Origin: a virus
Lineage: Duplodnaviria; Caudoviricetes
Reading direction: 5' to 3' (one strand)
Virus record (IMG/VR): IMGVR_UViG_3300025601_000007
Length of the DNA: 64,000 nt
The position numbers and the translations under genes are program-made. Positions 17,881-26,968 of this stretch are shown here, piece after piece (the stretch's first letter is position 1; every line of letters begins with the position of its first letter). The notes under the pieces were generated by a model. The model was not told where the DNA came from, did no database searches, and worked only from the letters and a program-made list of their open reading frames with translations.

Positions 17881-18384
17881 TTAGGTTCTCCACAATTGGA
17901 GTGTTTTTAGTTCATATGCTACAATTCTTCTAACAATTGCATCAAATGTTTTTTTACTGTATTTACCGTCAGGTAAATCACTACCTCTATTCCAGTCTTC
18001 ACCAACTCTGTTTTTTCTAGTTGATGCAATACAGCCTAGGTATCCACTACTTTTATCTGTTGGTTTATATCCAGAAATTGAGTAATAGTGGTCGTTTGTA
18101 TGTAATCTGCAAATAAACTTGTTTTTTCCTGCCTCTTTAGTGTCAAGGAAAATTAATGCTTGCGAGTCAACATTTCCATATCGCACAAGTTCTTTTAACC
18201 ATAAGGCAAACTCAGGAGCAATATCAATAAGTTCTTCGTACTTAATCAATGTTGAATTGTTTTTCTCACTCAACCTTCTTTTTAATTCTTGGTTGTATTC
18301 TTCATTTGTTTCTACTCTTTCCACTTGTGGATGAGCATCTGTTTTTTCGGGGGCATTTTTGCCCGACTTAACATCTTCTTTCAT
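17881..18384 (-). CDS. Hypothetical protein (cassette cargo)
   Basis: YLGCIASTRKNRVGEDWNRGSDLPDG motif; lies between sites E and F. Confidence 0.7.
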   Translation of the reverse strand: MKEDVKSGKNAPEKTDAHPQVERVETNEEYNQELKRRLSEKNNSTLIKYEELIDIAPEFALWLKELVRYGNVDSQALIFLDTKEAGKNKFICRLHTNDHYYSISGYKPTDKSSGYLGCIASTRKNRVGEDWNRGSDLPDGKYSKKTFDAIVRRIVAYELKTLQLWRT

Positions 18385-18480
18385 CTTATTATTAATTTAT
18401 TTTTACCCACCCTTCTTTTTATTTTTTAGTGCTTCGTGCTTCGTGCTTCGTACTAGCGTTGGTGGGTCATTAATCCGCCA

Positions 18481-18543
18481 GTAGTTAACACTGTGTAAAT
18501 TGCATAGCGAAAAGCTACGCACCTTATACAAACCGTTATATGC
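18481..18543 (-). repeat. attC-like site F (complete)
   Basis: GTAGTTAAC-ACT-GTGTAA..GCATAGC-GAAAA-GCTACGC..TTATAC-AAACC-GTTATATGC. Confidence 0.72.
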
Positions 18544-18599
18544 AATGCTACGTTTCTGCTTCGTATTAAGTTCTGTGTAAAAACCTTTTAAAAATTTCA

Positions 18600-18905
18600 C
18601 TACTCTTGATATAACACACCACTTTCAAAAGCAATTTCATTTTTTTCTAAATTAACAACACAATTAAATAATTTCCACACATTTGTTTCGTTACTTGGAA
18701 CAACAAAAATTGAATCATATTTTCCACTTACTAAATCATAACCATATTTAGATGTGAAATTAATTTTGAATGGATTCCATTTTTGATAACCAGTTAAAGA
18801 TTTTGAACCATCTTCATTTGTTTTTTCTTCTAAGTAAATTGAAGGGTTTTTTTCAAAACTTATTTGACATATTATGTCACCTAAAATAATCTTACCTGTT
18901 TTCAT
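18600..18905 (-). CDS. Hypothetical protein
   Basis: 101 aa ORF in the AT-rich block. Confidence 0.55.
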   Translation of the reverse strand: MKTGKIILGDIICQISFEKNPSIYLEEKTNEDGSKSLTGYQKWNPFKINFTSKYGYDLVSGKYDSIFVVPSNETNVWKLFNCVVNLEKNEIAFESGVLYQE

Positions 18906-18946
18906 TTTTCTTGTTTTATTTTTTCTTGTTTTATTTTACTCACACA

Positions 18947-19222
18947 CTATTTAGTTTCATAAAACATAGCACCTTTTTCCTTAGCGAAATTTTTTATGTA
19001 ATTTATCATTTGTGTTGAATAGTCATTCCCTCTAAATTCTCCATCAACACTAATCATCGCCAAATAAAACTCTTTTTCGAGATTTGGTAAATATTCTGAA
19101 AATTGACCACCGTCATAATAATATTCAATATACCCAATTTTATCATCACCATCTAACTTATATTGTGATTTTTCATTCAAATATTCACGTATAGTTGTTG
19201 CTATAAATTTTCGTATTTCCAT
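18947..19222 (-). pseudogene. GNAT acetyltransferase-like, probably C-terminally truncated
   Basis: MEIRKFIATTIREYLNE then ISVDGEFRGNDYSTQMI..IKNFAKEKG; ends abruptly next to a short tandem duplication. Confidence 0.5.
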
Positions 19223-19250
19223 ATTATGATATAATTGATTTTATCACCCT

Positions 19251-20342
19251 TTACTCAGAAACGCTTCCAATGGCCAAGTGAATGTCGTATTCCATCAGTG
19301 TAATTTCTGTCTTATTGCTTTGATTCATCCACATTATTCGGTCATTAATCGAGTTGATTGACTTTTTAAAATACGCAGCTTTCTCGTATGCTTCTGTGTC
19401 TGCAGCTTCTAACATCTTCTCACTTAAATCATTTACAAGGCTCTTTGATTTCTCTAAAAGAAAATTTATAGGTATAGTTTTGTCTTTTAAATCAATCATT
19501 TCTTGCTTTATTTCGTTGCTCAACCTAATTAATTGACTAAAATGTCGAGGAGACTCCAGATTAATCGTGATGTAGTTAGCAAGATTTATATCAGCTGATA
19601 TCTCCAAAATAGACACCACTTTTTTGATAGAATATTTATCGTGGTCCACCGCTTCTTTTGTTTCAAATTGAAAAGTTGCCGTGTATAAGCAGTCTATGTC
19701 ATTAATAAATTCTTTATAATTTGACACACTCTCAAAATACAGCTCTTTCGTGTTTCCTCTGTCGATTCTTCTAAATTTCGCTCCTATTGGTTTAATAAAT
19801 CTTTTTCCAGCGTCTCCTTTTTTTGTGTAAAAATCTCCGTTGAGGTTATAAATAACATCTCCATCTTTGAGGAGCGCTCCTTCTAAGAAAAGGTAAAAGT
19901 ATAATTCAATTGTTTCTCCTACTGGTGGAATTCTAAATTTGCTCCCCAATGGCAATGTGGAGTGAGAGACATCTAATAGAAAATCTTCTTGTGATGTTGA
20001 TTCTTGAGCCATCTCATCTTCTACTTCCTGAGATATGGTGCTTAGCTCTTTTCGAATGGCTTCTTCCAGGCTTTTATTATAACTCATACCAGTTTCGTCA
20101 AGAGTGCTTCTAATCATCTTGTTGCTGACCTTCACACTTTTAGCGTTTTCGAATGTAAGGGGCTCTGTTTGAACAAACCCCATCCTTTTCAACAGCTTGC
20201 ACGCCCTAGCAAAAGAGGGTTGGTCCATAATTTCTGTATTAAGTGTAGGAGAGTTTGGTGAAGTTATGAAAATCATAGTTTCCCTTTCTTCTGAGAAAGG
20301 GTTCTTTATTATACAGTATCCAAGTTTAATATTGCTATTCAT
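19251..20342 (-). CDS. Hypothetical protein with C-terminal UVR (UvrB/C) motif
   Basis: EKMLEAADTEAYEKAAYFKKSI. Confidence 0.72.
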   Translation of the reverse strand: MNSNIKLGYCIIKNPFSEERETMIFITSPNSPTLNTEIMDQPSFARACKLLKRMGFVQTEPLTFENAKSVKVSNKMIRSTLDETGMSYNKSLEEAIRKELSTISQEVEDEMAQESTSQEDFLLDVSHSTLPLGSKFRIPPVGETIELYFYLFLEGALLKDGDVIYNLNGDFYTKKGDAGKRFIKPIGAKFRRIDRGNTKELYFESVSNYKEFINDIDCLYTATFQFETKEAVDHDKYSIKKVVSILEISADINLANYITINLESPRHFSQLIRLSNEIKQEMIDLKDKTIPINFLLEKSKSLVNDLSEKMLEAADTEAYEKAAYFKKSINSINDRIMWMNQSNKTEITLMEYDIHLAIGSVSE

Positions 20343-20350
20343 AATCCTTT

Positions 20351-20367
20351 CTATTTATGATAAATAG
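20351..20367. promoter_or_regulatory. Palindromic double CTATTTAT site between divergent genes
   Basis: CTATTTAT-G-ATAAATAG between ATG 20342 (-) and ATG 20399 (+). Confidence 0.6.
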
Positions 20368-20398
20368 CATCAAATTGATAGGTAAACACTTTTAAATC

Positions 20399-21025
20399 AT
20401 GACAAAAACATTCACAGTGGCTAGTGGCAAGCACTATTTTAAAGGATTAAAATTCCAAGAATTATTTTACCCTATCCTTATGCTTGTGGTTACATTTGGA
20501 TTATCTATATCTTCTTTTGTTCAATCTACTTTCGTCTGGGGAGGATTAGGGGCTTCGTTGATATTATATGGATTTGCAAAATGGAAACTGTTAGACCTTG
20601 AGATATTGGCTAGATTCTCACCAGAGTGTCTTTACACTCTAGATACTAATTTTGACCAAATAAACAAGCTTTATGGCTTAGGGGAGGGTGTGCACCACAA
20701 AGATTCTGCAAGATTCGGCTGGAGATGTGTAGACGGTAAGAGTATCGAGATTATAGCTTACTGCTACGTTAGAGGCGAAAGACAAAGTAGAAAGCTTATG
20801 GATTGCTCCACTAATGAATGGTTAAAACTGGATTTGTACATTGAAAAAGGTAAGTATGTGTTTGTCGGCGAAAACGAAGACGGTGAGAAAGCCAGAGTTT
20901 CTATGCCAAGACGAACGGGTTTCTTCTTTGGTAGACTATTTACTTACAAACTGTTTCCTTACTTTGGAGGGTCTATTGGTGCTCCGCACCAGATGTCTAT
21001 AGAGGTGGTGGAAAAAGAAAAATAA
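20399..21025 (+). CDS. Hypothetical protein with two N-terminal TM segments
   Basis: Hydrophobic aa 22-60; NKLYGL..HHKDSARFGWR...LFPYFGG domain. Confidence 0.75.
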   Translation: MTKTFTVASGKHYFKGLKFQELFYPILMLVVTFGLSISSFVQSTFVWGGLGASLILYGFAKWKLLDLEILARFSPECLYTLDTNFDQINKLYGLGEGVHHKDSARFGWRCVDGKSIEIIAYCYVRGERQSRKLMDCSTNEWLKLDLYIEKGKYVFVGENEDGEKARVSMPRRTGFFFGRLFTYKLFPYFGGSIGAPHQMSIEVVEKEK

Positions 21026-21028
21026 GAG

Positions 21029-21301
21029 ATGGAAAACAAAAAATCAAACCTAAGCGAAACTGAAGAAGAAGCTCTGAGAAATTACATTCGTGAGCTCATG
21101 GTCAAAGACTTGGGTGAACATGATGCTTTATACACTAAGCCTAAGCATTGGAAAGACGAAGTAGCAGACCTGAGGACTGATATGACTCAACTATTACAAC
21201 ATATTGAGGATGACGAGTACCAAGATGGAGTTGAAAATATTGACCGAGTAACTTCTAAATTGAAATCTTGGAAAAACAAAATAAAAAAATACCTGAACTA
21301 A
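21029..21301 (+). CDS. Hypothetical protein with LRNYIRELM motif
   Basis: ORF carrying the recurrent motif. Confidence 0.65.
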   Translation: MENKKSNLSETEEEALRNYIRELMVKDLGEHDALYTKPKHWKDEVADLRTDMTQLLQHIEDDEYQDGVENIDRVTSKLKSWKNKIKKYLN

Positions 21302-22239
21302 TCACAGTGCTGGCTGTTGGAGGGAATGGCTGATATATGTGGAGGAAGCTCGAAATGAGGATGATGCTCCTGAATCTTGACTACGTTGTTTTCATCTAAT
21401 TGAGACAGGTCCACAAGGGCTTTGTAGTTTTTTAAATAATGTATTAACAGCAATTCTATTCCGTATGGAGTTAATTCCTTTATTCTCGCTCTCATTGCCA
21501 AATGTAGTTCTTCATAGTCAAAGTTTGCCATAAGCTTCACTAACTCGTACACGTCCGCATCTAAAAATATAACTGGGTCCATGTGTTCATACATCTGCGG
21601 TTGACTCTCTAATATAAACCTCCAGTCCGTTGTTTTAAGCGCTGATAAACTCACTAGGTGTATAAACACCTCTCCCGTTGCTGCAAGCAGCTCTCCTATT
21701 TGAAGATTGTTGAACTTCTGATACGGAACACTCATCACTACTTTTTTTTGAAACCCATATGCCTTTGCAATCTGAAACCCTTGGATGTAAGAGAAGTTGT
21801 ATTTGTGAATGTCTATTTTATCCAAAAAATACTTAAGTCCCATAAGCAGTAAGGAGTGGGCTTCTTCTTGATTGATGCTAGATATCTGAATCCCTAAAAA
21901 GCTTAGTAAATCTGGCCTTCGTTTTAAGATGTGCATAACATCGCCAACTCTAAGCCCTCTTTCTTTTAGCTTAATGTGGCTTTCAATAAACTCTGTTTCC
22001 TGATTGTCAATTAGCCTGACCACACAGCGAACTAATTTTCGTACAGGCATACTATTCCAGAGAACTTTGTCTCGAACATAAGAGCAATCACAAATAGTTT
22101 TATCACTCAACCTCTCAATATCTACTTTTGACATCAAGTGACTCATTTCGCCTTCTTCAAAGTATTCCCAACAGTTTTCTATGAAGTAGTATGTAAATGC
22201 CTCAGCTATGTGTCTGACTTTATCTTTTTTTGAAGACAT
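21298..22239 (-). CDS. Hypothetical protein
   Basis: 313 aa ORF. Confidence 0.7.
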   Translation of the reverse strand: MSSKKDKVRHIAEAFTYYFIENCWEYFEEGEMSHLMSKVDIERLSDKTICDCSYVRDKVLWNSMPVRKLVRCVVRLIDNQETEFIESHIKLKERGLRVGDVMHILKRRPDLLSFLGIQISSINQEEAHSLLLMGLKYFLDKIDIHKYNFSYIQGFQIAKAYGFQKKVVMSVPYQKFNNLQIGELLAATGEVFIHLVSLSALKTTDWRFILESQPQMYEHMDPVIFLDADVYELVKLMANFDYEELHLAMRARIKELTPYGIELLLIHYLKNYKALVDLSQLDENNVVKIQEHHPHFELPPHISAIPSNSQHCD

Positions 22240-22269
22240 TTGATTTTCTCATTTTATTAAATTATTATA

Positions 22270-22578
22270 GTGGCACAACAAGAAAATGTAAAGATGGCAA
22301 AACAAGAGATAAATATAGAAGAACTGGTTGGGAAAATATATTTCCAAATTGCAACATGGCACGGTGAGACTTCAGAATATCAAGAAGAAGAAAACAAAAT
22401 TCGCTTGCAAGCCGCAAGCTTTAAAATCATCAAGACTGTTTTTTCTGAAATAGGGATAAATCTTCACGAAGAGGAAAAGAAAAATGTTAAAGGTACAGAA
22501 CAAGACGATAAAATGGAGGGAGTTCAATCCAAGTTGTCAGGCATCGCTGCAAGGCTTAAATCCGAAGGATTTATTTAG
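22270..22578 (+). CDS. Hypothetical protein
   Basis: 102 aa ORF. Confidence 0.55.
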   Translation: MAQQENVKMAKQEINIEELVGKIYFQIATWHGETSEYQEEENKIRLQAASFKIIKTVFSEIGINLHEEEKKNVKGTEQDDKMEGVQSKLSGIAARLKSEGFI

Positions 22579-22638
22579 CAATATAAACGCTTATTGATAG
22601 GTGTTTTTCTCGCCTATTTATAGGAAACAACAACGGCT

Positions 22639-22998
22639 ATGAATAAGTCAACCAAACAACGCAACATGGAGCTGCTCGGACTTTCCGAGGGGGTCAATCT
22701 AAAGTCGCTTCAAAACGATTCATTTAAGCATTTGAGTGAATCCTATGAGGAACAAAAGAGTGACGAAGCTAATAAAGAAGGGATGACTGTTGAAGATTTT
22801 GAGCAAAAAAGTTTTAAATCACGCGAAGAAGACTCCGTGCTTTATGACCTTACAAATGAAACATTTGAAATCATGGTTGTAGACGAACTAATTAGCGAGG
22901 GGCACAGTGAGTTTAAATCAAGTGATGACTACGAAAATATTTCAACGAAGAAAGCTAAGGGTTTAATTAGAAAATTTATCTCCTCCTTAGATACTTAG
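22639..22998 (+). CDS. Acidic hypothetical protein
   Basis: CTATTTAT at 22614-21; hairpin plus U-tract at about 23026-23058. Confidence 0.65.
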   Translation: MNKSTKQRNMELLGLSEGVNLKSLQNDSFKHLSESYEEQKSDEANKEGMTVEDFEQKSFKSREEDSVLYDLTNETFEIMVVDELISEGHSEFKSSDDYENISTKKAKGLIRKFISSLDT

Positions 22999-23012
22999 TA
23001 GAGTAAAGAATT

Positions 23013-23192
23013 TTAATCAACTTTTAAGTCAGGCTCGCCAGAGTTCTGACTTTTTTTTGCTTCAGGAAGTGGCTGCGCCAGAAAGTCTATAGTGTTCGCG
23101 ATTTCTCTTGCTTCTCGAAGGGTGTAAGTCCCTCTGGATTGAGCCATCTCAAGGTAATTTACCAAGTTGATAATTGCGTCGTTTGCTGTCAT
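23013..23192 (-). CDS. Small protein (59 aa, below ORF-track cutoff)
   Basis: Manual translation MTANDAIINLVNYLEMAQSRGTYTLREAREIANTIDFLAQPLPEAKKSQNSGEPDLKVD*. Confidence 0.65.
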   Translation of the reverse strand: MTANDAIINLVNYLEMAQSRGTYTLREAREIANTIDFLAQPLPEAKKSQNSGEPDLKVD

Positions 23193-23222
23193 GATTGTGT
23201 TTTACTAAAAATGATAAGAGAA

Positions 23223-24017
23223 TTACAGATTGTCAAGCTTAGTTTTCTTCCATCCTGTATTTGTTTTGATGTAGAAGAAAACATCATCCCAAGCAAATGT
23301 TCCGATTGGAGACTTGTCTTTTGACGTTGGAGTTGTTGAGTCTCTTAGACAAAGAAGAGGGCCTTCTCCGCTTAATGTTAGCTTGGCGCCTAGCTTATGA
23401 AAGGCTCCTATGCCGACACTGCCATCGCCTTTTACAACCAAGTGTGTGGTTGAATCTTGAAAAGCATTCTTTTTTTCTCCTGCTTTTGATTGTATTACTA
23501 AACTGTGATATGCAGGCGTATCTTTTTTCGGAGCTATTCTAAGCCTTGTTTTCTGGTAAGGTCCAGTTGTGAACTCGTGTTCTACCCCTAAAGTAACAGC
23601 AGCGTGCTCTTTGTTGTAATTTAGAGTTCCATCGATGGAAAGCTCTTTCGAATCAGACTTAATCAAGCCCGCCTCTATTGAGGAAGTCTTTAATAGAAGT
23701 GAATCAATTTTTTTAAAACTAGCTTCATCTCCTTCTATGTTAGTTATATTAAGCTTGTGGTTCAGTTTTAAACCATAAGTAAGACTCTCTCCTTTTGGCT
23801 CAGAAACCACGAAGTTATCATCTTCACACTTTAGCTTAGAAGCATTAGAATCTAGCTCTTTTAGCAGAGATTTGAAAGCAAAAGTAAGTTGTGTGAAATT
23901 GCCATCAATATTAGCTTTAAGTTCGTGTGGAGGTAATCTCCAATCTATTTTTTTTAATTTGAGTTCCATATCTATAAATAGTGTTAGCTTGTTAAACCGC
24001 TCATTATAATGGTCCAA
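23223..24017 (-). CDS. Tail-fibre-like virion protein
   Basis: LVVKGDGSVGIG repeat-type motif and C-terminal G.FAWD..FFYIK...WKK. Confidence 0.6.
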   Translation of the reverse strand: MDHYNERFNKLTLFIDMELKLKKIDWRLPPHELKANIDGNFTQLTFAFKSLLKELDSNASKLKCEDDNFVVSEPKGESLTYGLKLNHKLNITNIEGDEASFKKIDSLLLKTSSIEAGLIKSDSKELSIDGTLNYNKEHAAVTLGVEHEFTTGPYQKTRLRIAPKKDTPAYHSLVIQSKAGEKKNAFQDSTTHLVVKGDGSVGIGAFHKLGAKLTLSGEGPLLCLRDSTTPTSKDKSPIGTFAWDDVFFYIKTNTGWKKTKLDNL

Positions 24018-25522
24018 GATTTTCCCGTTAAACTTTGATAATGACTAAACCCATTAATGCCACCACTAGATGTATCATACCCACTTGTTGTGCCTGACAT
24101 AGATAAAGAACCTCCAGTCCACCCGAAGTTATCAAGGTCGTGAAGTATGTGATTTGACACTGTTTCATCCCAATTCGAGTTGTCATCAAACTGGAGAGTA
24201 ATATCGTTGCTTGAACTTCCTGATATTGGCTTCATATCTAAATATCCATGCTCAGGGCAGTTATATAATTCGAGGTTTGTCACTGTGTTTGCTATGGTAG
24301 GAAGTGTTGTGGCAGTTAAGGAGGCGTTTGAATGAAGCCTGATAAACCCTCTTAACCCAGTAACGTTAGAAATGTCTAAGGTTGCTAAAAGAGGGTTTGA
24401 GAACACTTGAAATAAAGAAATACTGTTGCTCCAACCTCCTAATGTCATCCCAGATAAGACACTGTTGTTGTTAATCCTAAAATCAGTATTAACATTACTG
24501 AGCATAGAGAAATCTAAATCTTGTAAATTTGAGTTACTATTTAAAGACATTAAAACAATAGACCTAGAGGATGGTCCAAATAATACACTTCCGTTTGACT
24601 GGTTTCTAATGGTTATACTTCCTGCTATCCCACTCATAGGGCTTAGGTCGACTGTGTCAGTGGCATTATATCCGTTTGATTGCATAAACACTGTGCTTAC
24701 ACTATTTGAACAGCTCGGAAAAGTTACTGCGGTGAGTGACGTATTTCCAAATAAGTTGATAGAGCCGCCAAAATTGGGTCCCATTACGCTCATGTCTAAA
24801 TCGGTTAACTTTGTAGACTGAAATTGCCAAACCCCTGTAGCTGCGCTGATTATATTCGTTGGAAATGTTATTGCAGATAGTGTCGACAGCGGATATGCAT
24901 CAAGCGCTGTAAGAGCGGAAAAGGGGCTTAAATTTTCATTTGTTAACATTGTATCACGTATAGATAAAGAAACGCGGTAAATTGTGCTTGGCCATGTGAC
25001 AGCGGTTAAATTAAAATTTGTCCTAACTCTAACAAAGCTATTGTCTGAGTCTTCACCTATATTGTGAAAACCAGATATGTCTAAGTTTCTCAAATCGTTT
25101 GCAAAAACAGAAAAAGTTGTTATTGCACTATTTGATTTATCTACTGGATTTACATCACTAGGAAAAATTATCTTTGTAAGATTATGGTGTCCAGCAATTT
25201 GAACACTACCCCTTAGTTGTGATTGAGAAGATAAATCAAAAGTTCCGATTAAGCTATCTGTTGCTCCAGTTGTAGTCCAAAAAATATCTTGCATCATGTT
25301 GTCTCTGTCAAACACGATTGCTCCTGTGTATCCAGTTGTTGTGGGTCGGAGGTCTACATCGTCCCCAGCAACGGCATATCCCAGTGTTGAAAACTCTGTT
25401 CTACTTCTTCTGTTTGTAGAAAACAAATTGTTATTAACCCTGTAATATATTGCCTCACCTGAATAAGTGAAGCCAATACGTTTAGACGACTGTCCTTGTG
25501 AAAATGAAAAGCTATTGAACAT
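23984..25522 (-). CDS. Leucine-rich-repeat-like virion or adhesin protein
   Basis: Repeats of LxxLDxS..N..LTxxTxP type (LRNLDISG, LTDLDMSV, LQDLDFSM, LATLDISN). Confidence 0.65.
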   Translation of the reverse strand: MFNSFSFSQGQSSKRIGFTYSGEAIYYRVNNNLFSTNRRSRTEFSTLGYAVAGDDVDLRPTTTGYTGAIVFDRDNMMQDIFWTTTGATDSLIGTFDLSSQSQLRGSVQIAGHHNLTKIIFPSDVNPVDKSNSAITTFSVFANDLRNLDISGFHNIGEDSDNSFVRVRTNFNLTAVTWPSTIYRVSLSIRDTMLTNENLSPFSALTALDAYPLSTLSAITFPTNIISAATGVWQFQSTKLTDLDMSVMGPNFGGSINLFGNTSLTAVTFPSCSNSVSTVFMQSNGYNATDTVDLSPMSGIAGSITIRNQSNGSVLFGPSSRSIVLMSLNSNSNLQDLDFSMLSNVNTDFRINNNSVLSGMTLGGWSNSISLFQVFSNPLLATLDISNVTGLRGFIRLHSNASLTATTLPTIANTVTNLELYNCPEHGYLDMKPISGSSSNDITLQFDDNSNWDETVSNHILHDLDNFGWTGGSLSMSGTTSGYDTSSGGINGFSHYQSLTGKSWTIIMSGLTS

Positions 25523-25528
25523 GTGTTA

Positions 25529-26968
25529 TTAAGTATAATCTCCACCTATGGTCCAGTAGTATTTGGTTCCTGTGTAGTAGAATGTAACAATATCTTCACT
25601 ACCGCTATTTGAAGTGATGTTAAGCAACCCTCCTGCTCCATTAACAACAGCTGAGCTCCCTGGAGGAGCTAAGGCGTGTCCGCCTGAAGCATCTTGCTTC
25701 ACTAGAAGGGTGCCGTAGTCTCCTGCAGATACGTTACTTACATTTAAAGTGGTATCTGCAGTAAGGATTAAGAAAGCATTATGTCCGAACTCTAAATTCC
25801 AAATAGTGGTCGTGTTGAATGCAAGAGTCTGTGGTGCTCCACCTGTGTTTCCTGTTAATTGAGATACTAGCGCTATTGTCCCAGAAGCATCTGGAAGACT
25901 CCAGTTTCTATCAGCTGTGAGTAATGAACTAAAGTCGAGCCCAGCCATTCGTGTTCCATTGTAAGCTGATATAAAACCATTTCCGTTTGTTTGACTTCCT
26001 GATTTAAAGAATACGCCATCTTCTCTAAGGATGTCAAGTGTTTTCCCAACATATCTAAGAGCTCCATAAGTATCTCCTGTAATCATGAAGATGTCGTCTG
26101 AATCAGCGCGAACGCACCAATCACGGGCGCCAGAAGATGTTCTAAAAGTTAGGGATTCGCCAGAAATTGTTGGAGAGCCCTCAGTTACTATGTTGTTTTG
26201 AATAATGGTTTCTTGCCAGCTTTTATTTCCACCTCCTGATGTGAGCCCAGTCCATGCTCCATTTATATATTGAAAAAGGCCTGTGTTTGCAGAATACGCT
26301 ATGGCTCCGTCAGAAGTGTTTGTTGAGGGAAGCGTTGCTCCAGAAAATCCTCGCATTTGAATCATACCTTCCCAAGTGATTGCCGCAGCGTTGGCTCGTT
26401 CGCCCGCTCCTGTTCCTCCCCCAAGAATCATCCCGTAGTCAGTTGCTGTAAAAGAATTAGTCCCTTGTGGCTGCGCATATCGGCCAATAACCACTTGAGA
26501 GTTTCCAGAGGCTGTGTTTGAGAGTCCTCCAGCTGATGAGTATAAGGCTGAAGCAGTATTCCCACTACCTCCACCCACAAATGAATATGGGCTTGTTGCT
26601 GTATTATCTCCCTGGATTGTTAGCAACGATGTGGCTGTGGACCCAGATTTCCAATATGCAGACTCAACACTTGTAAAGTTTGTTTGCCCTGTGTAATCAT
26701 ATAGCGTTAACTGCGCCCAATCACTTGAAGTGTAGTCCCAGGGCGTCGAATTAAGTCTATAATACATTCGGACACCATTAGAAATGGTTCCAGCAATCAT
26801 ACCAGCTCTACGTCTTTGAACTGTAATTCCAGAGAGGACAGAACTGTCTCCTGAGAAATTTCTTAATCCATCAACGCCATAAATTGTGTCGGTTACTGGA
26901 TAAGTATCCTCACTGTCCGTAGGGGCTATAAACCCTGTTACTCTAACACTTCCTGGTATTGCTCCCAT
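25529..26968 (-). CDS. Tail-fibre/baseplate-like protein
   Basis: G.IAP.D..D.YP...RRRAGM N-terminus; NTASA/NTASG beta-roll repeats; Gly/Ser/Thr-rich. Confidence 0.65.
   Translation of the reverse strand: MGAIPGSVRVTGFIAPTDSEDTYPVTDTIYGVDGLRNFSGDSSVLSGITVQRRRAGMIAGTISNGVRMYYRLNSTPWDYTSSDWAQLTLYDYTGQTNFTSVESAYWKSGSTATSLLTIQGDNTATSPYSFVGGGSGNTASALYSSAGGLSNTASGNSQVVIGRYAQPQGTNSFTATDYGMILGGGTGAGERANAAAITWEGMIQMRGFSGATLPSTNTSDGAIAYSANTGLFQYINGAWTGLTSGGGNKSWQETIIQNNIVTEGSPTISGESLTFRTSSGARDWCVRADSDDIFMITGDTYGALRYVGKTLDILREDGVFFKSGSQTNGNGFISAYNGTRMAGLDFSSLLTADRNWSLPDASGTIALVSQLTGNTGGAPQTLAFNTTTIWNLEFGHNAFLILTADTTLNVSNVSAGDYGTLLVKQDASGGHALAPPGSSAVVNGAGGLLNITSNSGSEDIVTFYYTGTKYYWTIGGDYT

Noticed and set aside
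15491-18543. CRISPR array interpretation of the repeated hairpins
   Set aside because: The repeats are non-identical, irregularly spaced and separated by whole genes; no cas operon is present.
18403-18600. 65-aa ORF (IAYNGLYK) across attC-like site F
   Set aside because: It reads straight through the hairpin; probably a by-product of the repeat.
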